Source: Pocillopora damicornis
Taxonomy: Eukaryota
Reading direction: 5' to 3'
Length of the DNA stretch: 64,000 nt
NCBI RefSeq assembly: GCF_003704095.1
Contig: NW_020845295.1
Coordinates: forward strand, 1 to 64,000
Shown here: positions 25,101-34,600 of the stretch, in pieces
How the letters are laid out: every line of letters begins with the position of its first letter
How positions within the stretch are numbered: the stretch's first letter is position 1
Notes under the pieces: model-generated
Told to the model about the DNA's origin: nothing
What the model saw: only the letters and a program-made list of their open reading frames with translations
Database searches by the model: none
Translations under genes and position numbers: made by a program

Positions 25101-28100
25101 GTAGTGAAGATTTATGTCCTCGATTAGCCTAGCTGTTACTGATGAACTCTGGCTACTCTTTTCTGTTGTAGTATTCATGATCGCAAGATGTTTGTGTTGG
25201 GTTTCTGCGCACTCATGGATCTTCCAAAACAGATGAGACCACAGGCCCTCCTTCAGTGCTCGCCCCAGATTCTCCCGGCCTTGTTAGTGTTATTCCAAGG
25301 ACTCAAAAGAGCGTATGAAAGTATGGGCTATATTTCCACATAGTGAAATGTTGACTTTACTGTATATTTCTCGCTGGTCTCCTTAACAACCGTTGTTTAG
25401 TTGATAAGGAAACAATTTTTCAACCTTAACACTGTAAAATACATTTATTCAGAAATTTGAACAATGATTAAAGCCTGCTGTTGCTGCCGGTTTTCTTTTT
25501 TAAGTTAATTTTGGTTGTACAACTGAGTTTATAATATAAATTGGCTACCGTAGAGAGTTTCTAAAGCTGAAGTCTTTAGCGTTCGCCCCTCGCCATTCGC
25601 CCTGACGCAGGGGTAATGGTCGAAACGTCAGTTTTAAGAAAGTTTCTACGGTGACCAATTTACATTTTAAAGTCAGTTGGTAAAACGCTATTATCTCGTT
25701 ATGCCCCCCTCCCCTCTCCTCCCCTCCCCCACTGACATTGCACCATACTTTCTTCAGGAACTTACCCCCTTTATTCATTTGTTTCTTCTTCGTGATGCCA
25801 ATCATATTCAAATCAACGTGATATTTTCATTTGTTATTTGATTGTTTTAGACCGAGGTGAAGGCGAAGGTGAGAATGAAGATGACGAGGAAGGGGCATCT
25901 GATGAAGGTGAGCCTCCGTCTCTTGGCGATTTTCCCGTTTGTCTTGGGGTTTATCTTTTCTCTTCTTTTATTGGCACTGAGGCGTCGTGGCTTAATTTTT
26001 TTAGAAGCTGGATTTGAAATCCAAAGGCCATGCATTTAATTCCCTAGCTCTGCTACTCAACTCTAATTTATATCTCGCAAGTGCAGACTTCAGTCTTCCA
26101 CGGCCATTTATCAGGTGTCAACAAGTTTCTCTTCTCTTAGTTGGAATTCTTGATGATTTACTTTCTCTATACTCTACTCACACTTGCGTTGCATCTAGAT
26201 GCTAATTTTCACGTCTTTTGGTCTTGTCGTTTCGAAAATACAGGCTATGAGATTCAATTGTTATTTCAAGACAGTATTCGGCAGCCTCTACATTTTTCAA
26301 CGATTAATTTTGGATGGAGAAACAACGCCAAAAAACCTTGTCGCACGGACGACTATTTTTGCTCCATTTGTGAGAGTTTTGACTCATTTTTATTCTGTAC
26401 TTTTTCTTAGATGAACTAGCGAGTGACGAGGATGAAATAAACGAAGATGACATTCAGTATATTGAAAATTTGGCGAAAAAGGTAGAAATATGTCTTACTG
26501 ATGCAAGGTTTTAACAGATAACAAACTAAATGAAAAATTGACTTGCCGACCTTAAAACGAATTGATGTCAGACAATTGATTAATTAACTGACTGATAAGC
26601 TGACTGGCTGAATCTATACTCAACGAACGACTGGATCGACCGACCAGTTGATTGACTGACTACAAATTGGCTGGTCTTTAGGCTGAGAAATAATCGGATC
26701 AAAAAAGATACTAGCACAATATTCCGGAAAGTAAGTGCTCAAGGTAGCTCGTTCGAAACGCCGAATACACTATCTAGATTTTTGCCAGTTTGGCTGCAAT
26801 TGATAATAATGCATAGTTCATGTTTTGAAGGGGGAATCATTGCGGTTTTTATCGCCTTACATGCTCATTATTCTGAGCGTTCCTTAGTGAACTGCACGGG
26901 TGATGCGCTGAGCTTGAGTAACCGGAAAACGTGATTACATATTGAAACTAAATTCTGTTCGTGTAGATTTGAAAAAATCGTGGACAAGGCCATGTTAACT
27001 TATGGAATTTTACAGGTTCGAAATAATACGAACCGTACGTACAAAAGCAATTTGTCAAGGTGAATGACCCCTTGTGAAAATGGATCAATGCTAACAGTGA
27101 GCACCATCATTATCTTAAGAACCTAGCGTGTTAAACTCTTATATTTACAACCGTGAAATCCTATTTTTGCCCTCTTGCAGGCCGCTGACCACTTAGATGA
27201 TGAAGATGATGTGGAAGATGAGGAGACAGCTCTGGAGAATTTTACTACATCTGTGGATAACGAAGAAACTGATGAATATATTGCGTTTAGGAATTCACTC
27301 CAAGGTGAGTACAGGGTTGGCGTCGTGTGATTTGCATGCGTTTCTTTTGCGTCGGCAAAAGCAATAGAAGTATTAAATGTTAGTGTTTTGTCCGTATCGC
27401 TCATGTTAATGTTATGTGTGGGTTAGAGTAAATGTGTTCAACTTTTAGCCCTTCAGGCCAATGACCCAGAATGGTATTCTGCTTTGACAAGTGTGTTAAC
27501 AGAAGAGCAGGGCAATTCACTACAGGAAGTGCTTGTACTGGCGGAACAGAAGAGAGCTTCACTAGGTGAGAACTGTGCCAATTATCAACCAGCCAAAAAG
27601 GGTGAAATAGTAGAATAGTCGAACGTAACTTTTAGGTCAGTCATTTTTATGTCAGTTGGTCAGTCTGTAGGCCAGCCAATTTGTTGGTCAGTCTGTCGGT
27701 CAATCGTTGGGTGAGTTATTTAGCGAGTCAGCTGATCTGTCAGTTAGTTCATCAACTGCCAGTCATCAATTCATTTTAACCCTTTAAACCCTTAGAGTGA
27801 CCAGCATTTAATTTCTCCCTGCAATATCTGCCCGAATCACACATTAAGGTTATGAGAATAAAGGAAATGGTCACCGGAGAACGAACCTTTTGATTGGCAA
27901 ACGAATTCTCCTTGTTAGCGCCTTAGGAAATGTATAAAGAACAGTGTGCAGAACACGCATTCTAATGTTAGGGTGGAAAGGGTTAAAGGTTGGCCCGCGG
28001 GAAAGTGTGAGGCTTTGAGCAGCGCGAGCCGCCAATCTTCCCACAGGCGGAGAAACGTGCTTCCTGCAGTGCAAAGTTAAGGGCGTGCTTACAGGCTGTT

Positions 28101-28426
28101 GAGGGTCAGTGGTAACAAAATTGTTTAGAGGATTGGTCAGTTATTGTCATAAACGGTTTGGTTAAAGGATTTTATCGATCAATGGCTCATCGATTGATTT
28201 ATCATCTCTGGATGATGTATTGAGCAGTAACAAAGGTAAACTACACGACTTAAAATCCAGTGCACCAATCCTCTTCATTTCAACCTTAGCCAGGCTCTCT
28301 GTGTTTAGTTCTTGGGTTAGACTCTCGGCTATTTTCTATCCCACAGAGTCCAGGCGAATTGAACAGCAAGGAGGATACATGTTCACCAACATGGCTGTGC
28401 CAAGTACCTTCAACTTTGGACAGTAA
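12141..28426 (+). CDS. IPO7: Importin-7 (importin-7/8 family karyopherin-beta), 29 exons
   Basis: Exons 12141-12224, 12551-12632, 14087-14246, 14401-14559, 15161-15317, 15859-15945, 17035-17129, 17470-17540, 17824-17926, 18116-18161, 18554-18653, 19029-19228, 20315-20404, 20900-21065, 21313-21354, 21726-21850, 22036-22152, 22300-22366, 22445-22570, 22865-22962, 23311-23406, 23961-24047, 24397-24530, 25172-25320, 25851-25907, 26411-26481, 27181-27304, 27449-27565, 28347-28426; all join in frame. Recognisable IPO7 peptides: [99 protein letters not shown], an acidic loop, and C-terminal [13 protein letters not shown]...VPSTFNFG. Confidence 0.96.
13081..13290 (-). mobile_element. ~210-bp TTAA-flanked MITE (piggyBac-like ends)
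   Basis: TTAAACTTTTAC...TAAAAGAGTTAA; its reverse complement aligns with the copies at 16296 and 27776. Confidence 0.75.
13650..13945. repeat. Palindromic interspersed repeat (copy 2)
   Basis: AGATTCCCTGTTGCA ... TTTTGACATCATCT...AAACAG...GCAACATGGAATT; related to 5822-6042. Confidence 0.6.
16011..16293 (-). mobile_element. Decayed tRNA-derived SINE containing a 38-nt poly-C run
   Basis: Minus strand starts GGGAGACAGGGCGAC...GGACACTGTGTTGT...GCAAGACACTT...TCCACACCA; same layout as 36170-36473. Confidence 0.5.
16296..16505 (+). mobile_element. ~210-bp TTAA-flanked MITE
   Basis: TTAACTCTTTAACCCCTAAGAG...AAACAAATTCTCCTTGTTAGCACC...TAAGGGTTAA. Confidence 0.8.
16568..16870 (-). mobile_element. 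Interspersed element with tRNA-like Pol III head
   Basis: Minus strand: A box TAGTCCAGTGG (16684-16694) and B box GGTTCTAGTCC (16641-16651). Internal 16-bp tandem duplication GTACAGTCATATGGTC. Ends AGCGGAGCTTGCAT / ATGCAAGCTCTGCT are inverted. Confidence 0.6.
19490..19727. mobile_element. MITE with 16-bp TIRs and 3-bp TSD (PIF/Harbinger-like)
   Basis: CTG|GCCCGGGTTGTTCAAA ... TTTGAACAACTGGGCC|CTG. Confidence 0.75.
19735..19947 (+). mobile_element. ~210-bp TTAA-type MITE, divergent subfamily
   Basis: TTAACCCTTAAATCACAAGAGTGACC...ATTTCTCCTTACAATATC...CCAAATTCTCC...GTGAAGGGTTTA. Confidence 0.7.
21381..21480. other. Assembly gap (100 N)
   Basis: N run in IPO7 intron 15; the flanking exons join in frame ([17 protein letters not shown]), so no exon appears lost. 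Confidence 1.
21481..21560 (-). mobile_element. LINE ORF2 fragment abutting assembly gap
   Basis: Minus strand encodes [25 protein letters not shown], resembling the post-RT LExLxxRAARII motif of CR1/L2-clade elements. Confidence 0.6.
23070..23281 (+). mobile_element. ~210-bp TTAA-type MITE, divergent subfamily
   Basis: TIRs TTTACCCTTTAACTCCCACAA / TTGTGGGAATTAAAGGGTTTA. Confidence 0.7.
23584..23852. mobile_element. Head-to-head inverted pair of the hammerhead-bearing repeat in IPO7 intron 21
   Basis: Full minus copy 23584-23740 (core TTGACGAGGGGCTAACGCTCGAAACGTC). Partial plus copy 23746-23852 with a 13-bp duplication and a mutated core. Confidence 0.8.
24671..24921. mobile_element. Decayed MITE-like element
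   Basis: G-rich left end GGGAAACTTACTCATTT...GGGGAGG mirrors the C-rich right end CCTCCCCTCCC...AAATGAGCAGTTCTT. Confidence 0.35.
25543..25776. mobile_element. Degenerate inverted pair of the hammerhead-bearing repeat in IPO7 intron 24
   Basis: Short minus piece ~25543-25595, then plus copy CTGACGCAGGGGTAATGGTCGAAACGTCAG...TACGGTGACCAATTTAC...GAACTTACCCCCTTTATT. Confidence 0.65.
27776..27986 (+). mobile_element. ~210-bp TTAA-flanked MITE
   Basis: TTAACCCTTT...AAAGGGTTAA ends; interior matches the 16296 copy. Confidence 0.85.
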
Positions 28427-29987
28427 CTGTGAAAGATTTCTGTGTTGCCTAGCTCTTTCACGAAGGGACTACAAATGAAAGTGTTTTTTTTACGAAATTA
28501 AGGAAGTAACCTTCGAACATAATTTATATCGTCAGATTGAAGAGACATTTACCTTCTGACTATTGACGTCATGTGAGTGACTTTGTGATTGCATGACTTT
28601 TCTGTTATGTTGGAAGCGTAATTGGTGACATACAGCAGATCACGCAACACCGCAATTTCGCGTTTCTGCCGTACTTGTTATCTTGCTCGCTTTCTTCTTT
28701 TTTACACAATAACATCAATTTTATTTGTTAAGGGTCGATTTTGCTGACCTTACGTCGAATTATTGTTTTCGGCAAACATTTTGATAATGATATACCTTTG
28801 CAAAGTTCTATATCAAATGAAAAATATTGCAACCTCAAACCCGCCACAGCAGGTGTCACGCTAGCTGTCACGTTGGCAGTCGTGCCCTCGCGATACATGA
28901 TGTCGTTTGGCAGCTCGAGAAGCGTCAAAGGACTTAAAAAAACTTTAGGAAAATAGAATTAAAAAAGATCCGGCGTCTTACTTACAAAAACAATCAAAAG
29001 TGTCGTTTATGGTTGAGAAAATTCTAAATTTTGACGTGCCAGTCTTATTACGGAGGGGGTTTCAGATTTGGAACAGTGGTATTCCATAACGAACTGTTCT
29101 CATTGTGATGCAAAATATCACTTTCAATACCGGAATCCGATCTTGAGACGGAAATTCGCAGTTTTAGCACAACGGAAAAAAGGTAGAAAAGCGCAGAAAA
29201 ATCCATTTTTTCTAATCATTTTTGAGATCCTATCTCGGAAAGATACAAATAACAATCGCGCACTTTTCGTGGTGGAAACAGAAACAGTCGAAAAGTATTA
29301 TGGATAGCTGCCGGTTGGTAACGGGTTCGTTACCAAGAATAAGACTGACTGTTAAAATGACTTGAAAGTTCAGACAGCAAAGCTATTTTAATAAAAGAAC
29401 AAATCAAGTAAGAGGTTGTTCGGTCGTTATTGCAGACGGTTGTTGCATGGTCGTCGCTTTGCGAGAAAAAAATGCTACCACCAACGCCAGCCTTTGTTAA
29501 TATACAGCTGTTTCGAGAAAGTGTCGGGAAAAAAAAAGCCAAAAGTGCACGAAACAATCTCGAAAGGTAATCTGGGTGTCCCGGTACTCAATGAATTTAA
29601 ATAAGAAATAAAAAAATTAGTTCATTAAACCTGCGATGCCTCGTCCTTACAGTGTCGTATTTTCAGATTTTACTAGCATTCAAGGAACCGTGACTTGAAA
29701 CCTCCCACAATACCTTTCGGGGTTATCACTTGCAATGTTACACTTTTTTCACAACAACTATTTAAGCCAAAGGCTCGCCATTATCTGCTTTTAAATTGAT
29801 CCTTTCAAACTGAGTTTACTTTCATACGATAGCACAGGTCATGGAAGTTCACTTGTTGCACTTTAATTTCATTTACATGGGGGTTCGTGACATCAAACTA
29901 CATCTGCATTGGTATCTAACCTTCATTTTGTTTATCATAATCAACAGAACGATTAAATTAAACCCATAAATGCCTGGAATATTATGT

Positions 29988-31636
29988 TTAGGAAGCATTT
30001 ACAGTAACAGTCTCTCCAGGATAAACATCTCTTTCGCCGAAAATGTAAGTTTTGTCTCCGTCTTTGACGGTGATCTACAGAAGAGTAAAAGATTCTTATG
30101 ATAAGTGCTACGATAAGGTACTTAAGATCACTTTTAGCTTTTTAAAGTGGGTTCGTTAAGTAACATAAAAACCTTGCAGTGATCGTTTAACATCCGGCGT
30201 AGAAAAACGATTAGGTGGTAAGAATAAACAAAAAGTAACGGGAATGGTTATAGAAGGTAAAGATTTACACGGATTGCAATTGAAGGAGACAAAATAGTTT
30301 CCAAGATTCACCAGTGGTGACGTAGCTTCTTTGAAGTAACTTTTCCCAGCTTGCTGTAACTGTTATTAATCGATGCAACTCCATTTTATTGGAAAAAGAC
30401 AAGAACGTGATGTGATACGAGTTAAAAGCCTAAACAGAGGGGAACATTTTATGATCAAGGTGGTACAGTTTTTAGAGCGTTTTATTTGGCTCTAAATTAA
30501 AGCGCTCACCTTAAAATACATGTACGTTCCCTTGATTTTAACATCAAGTTCCTCTAAAACTTTCCATGTTACATGGAAAGTTGTTGAAGAAATGTGATTT
30601 TGCTTGCCTGAAAGGCCAGATTCCGAGACAAACGCGCCAACTATTACCTAGACTTTTCTTCGAGTATACTTTATGAAATTTAGTTCTTGCATGTTTGTCG
30701 AGCGATTTGTTAAGTGCACAGTTGTTTCAGTAAATCTTACCTTAGCAACAGTCCACCCGTCAAAATAACTTCCGTCAGGGTTTTCTTGTAATCTGATCTT
30801 CAGCTTTCGAATAGTGCCCACGTCTTTAAATGCCACAAGGTAGTTGTCTTTCCTGAAATAAAAAAAACAAAACAAAAAACTAGTCAGTCCTCACATGTGC
30901 TTGTCAAATTAAATTTCTTAGACACCCTTAGTGAATTACTCAAACATCACCAAATACGGTCATTTTGATCTAATCAGAGATATTTTGGGTCTTCTCCGCC
31001 ACTGAAAAGTAACTTGACTTTTCGAAAGTTGTCTCCAAACATGCTAAAATAGTCCTATTATGGACGCTACCATTGAAAAACAGCTTAGTGACCTGGCGAT
31101 AGATGCGATACCATAAAACGTGGTCGAAAACAGCTGCGTCACTGGTTATCACACGAAAAAAAAAATTTTAGGCAAATATGCCTTTCGCTATGGCTCCTAA
31201 TTGTTCGAACTGATCATCAAGAGGTTGAAAAAATGGAAATGAGGCTCTGTTTCGTCTTAGATAGCGGCAACGCAAGACTCAAAATATCAGCGTCCTACAT
31301 AAAATTTTCACCACGTTCAAAGACAATCTTCGAAAGGTTGGGTTACTCTCTGAGATTTCACAAAGCAGCCAGTGTTATCATTTTACCAATACTTTTTAAT
31401 GACAGAGATAGAAATTACACGGTTCTGGAGTATAATACTCCGATCCTTTGAAGGTTTGATTAAAGTCCTTGTGTGTGACTAACCAAACGAAAGCTGATGG
31501 TGCACTTTTAAAATATTTAACCGTACTTTTAATTGCTCTGACGAAGGGCTAACGCTCGAAACGTCAGCTTTTTTACCCTTTACGGTGGCTAATTTACGTT
31601 TTCAACCCAGTTGTTGACACTAAATTACCTGCTATA

Positions 31637-31681
<45 letters not shown>

Positions 31682-34600
31682 TTTATTTTTAACTTACTGC
31701 ACAGGGTAGTCCAGCGTTTAAATCTGTCATTAGATAAGGTAGACCTAACCACTTTTAAGTTAGATCAGATTCCAATCTTTCCTTTAACTTCACTTCAAAT
31801 TTCTAAAACTAATTTTCAGATAGATGAGATCCTCAAAAAGACAAAATCTTAGAAATACCGCGTATTTAAAGATGCAGGTTTAATTTTGATTATGGCAATA
31901 AACGACATCGGTTTTTTTTTAATCAATATATAACGTAGATGTGACTTACAAAAATACTTAACTTGTCTTGACTGTATCGTAAGAATGTTAGTTAAGTTTA
32001 ACAATTCGCTCTAATCGCAACTCACGCATTCCCCTCAAAGTCGTCGTAAAGGCCGCCTTTTGCAACACTACTCTCCCCAGAGCTCCCCTTATCACCGATC
32101 AGCTCGAGGTACAAAAAGGCGTCGGAACCATCCCAATATCCATCACCAGTTTGCACCATTACCTCCATGTTTTTATCTGAAGAATAAAACAAAAGATCAG
32201 ACATAACTCCATTCCGTTACGTGTCTCGAATAACGTTATGAAAAGCAAGGCAACCGCAGCTCTGAACCATAGGAGTGACCAGCATTTATGATCTTTCACT
32301 ACAGAAGTACTACTGAATCATTCATTAGGGTCATGATAATGAAAGAAGTGATAGCCAACTTAAGAGGCTTTGATTTTAAACAAATTCTCCTTGTCAGCAC
32401 CAAAGGAAAAGTATAGAGAACAGTAAAGAGAAAATAGAGACTGATGTTAGGGCGTAGAGGGTTTAAGTTTGAAAAGAAAGAGTAGCTTTTCAACAGATGA
32501 TTGTTACGGCTCCCAACAACATACACAATGACGAATACACATAAGTTAGAGTGAACGCTCTTTGGAGCTCTTCGTGATTCGATAACGACAAAAATATATC
32601 TTATTTAGGACACTTGATCGACGTAAAGTGCGTCACGATGTCAAATCGGTCTGCTTACCGGACCTGTTAACCGATCATGTCTACGTGGGATATTTATTTA
32701 ACCTTAACACTCGAGTGAGAAAGGAGGAATTCTTCTTCATGGTGTCAATACATTTTCAAGCAGAAGGGTAACGGGAAGAAAAATTAGGTCTATGTTTGAT
32801 TTCACGCCAAATTTCTCGCACGAAAATTTCAACAAATGTATGGTAGAAAATGTAAATAATTTGATTTCTTGATCTTGAGAGTGAAAGGAGTAATTGCTTT
32901 CAGATTGGCAATAAAATAAAAACCCTACTTATGAAGTTATCAATTGTGTTTACATTTGCAACTTAACATAGTCAGATTGTTCAATAGTTCTATTGCCTTT
33001 TCCACTTACACACGTCGTTTTTCTGTAGGCAGTTGTAAAACTTGTTAATCTTCATGATATCAGCCGCGGACATGGCGTTTTCGTTGCCAAGCTCCATATT
33101 AGGATCCGACCTCGCTTCCATGGTGACCAGGCCTGATGACTTAGCAAATGTGGTCTTGCTGTATTGCATGATGGACTTGAAGTCGTAAGCAAAGCCCAAA
33201 TTGTCCATGTCAGTTTTCTTCATGACTTCGTCCTTAACAGCTATTAAATAAAGAAGATGCCTTTCAGGTGATTCATAACTACCTTAAATAGCTTTTACAA
33301 AACAATCTTAAATTCTCTTGTCGGAGACTTTGTGATTCGTGCGTGATACATGTCAGATGACGAGTGTGAACATTATGTCAAGAGCTAGAAGCATCACCTT
33401 TAGTGATTTTGGGACATTGATCGGCTTACATGATCAACATAACCTTGAATGACCTTCTAAATCATTACTTAGCAACAACAAATCACAATATAAAAAATAT
33501 CGTATAAGAGAGTGATTTCTTTCAAATTTTGCAGAGTAGCTGTTTACACGCCCGTTNNNNNNNNNNNNNNNNNNNNNNNNNNNNNNNNNNNNNNNNNNNN
33601 NNNNNNNNNNNNNNNNNNNNNNNNNNNNNNNNNNNNNNNNNNNNNNNNNNNNNNNNNNNNNNNNNNNNNNNNNNNNNNNNNNNNNNNNNNNNNNNNNNNN
33701 NNNNNNNNNNNNNNNNNNNNNNNNNNNNNNNNNNNNNNNNNNNNNNNNNNNNNNNNNNNNNNNNNNNNNNNNNNNNNNNNNNNNNNNNNNNNNNNNNNNN
33801 NNNNNNNNNNNNNNNNNNNNNNNNNNNNNNNNNNNNNNNNNNNNNNNNNNNNNNNNNNNNNNNNNNNNNNNNNNNNNNNNNNNNNNNNNNNNNNNNNNNN
33901 NNNNNNNNNNNNNNNNNNNNNNNNNNNNNNNNNNNNNNNNNNNNNNNNNNNNNNNNNNNNNNNNNNACATTAAGGTCACGAGAATAAAGGAAATGTTCAT
34001 CAACTGAGGAAGCTCTTGATTGTTAAACAAATTCTCCTTGTCAGTAACGTTCGAAATGAACAGAGAACAGTATGGAGAATATGCATACTGATGTTAGGGT
34101 GTAAAGGGCTAAGCTTGTACCTTTCATCTAATTTCTCTTGTTTAGAAACCCTGATGAAACACGATGCACGAGTTTTGAAATAGTAGATCAGAGTTTACAG
34201 GGACATGAGTACTTTATTTGTGATATTTCTGCCTTGACTTGACAAGGGTAAAAGAGATAAAAATAAGAGGGGGTTGAAAAGGTCACTGAGTCAACAATTT
34301 TTTCGCCAACTGTAGATTACAGTAAGAAAAAAAGTAAAGCATAATTGAACAAGGCCTACCTGGATCAAGATTGTCTTCATAAATTTTCAAGTATGAATCT
34401 CGATCCTTTCGGTTGTGTTCGTGATAAAACCCCAGCAGATGAACGATCTCGTGTAAAATTGTTCCTTTGTATTCGCAGCCTGTTCCAAGAATAACATCTT
34501 GCTTTCCTGAGCGTTTCCCAATTTTGGCAAAGCATCTAAAAATTATCAATAAAGTTACTAAGAACCCTATGAAAGAATAAAATTTAAATTAGGACCAAAC

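Noticed and set aside
33434-34030. ORFs spanning N runs (also 21274-21575)
   Set aside because: Artefacts of assembly gaps
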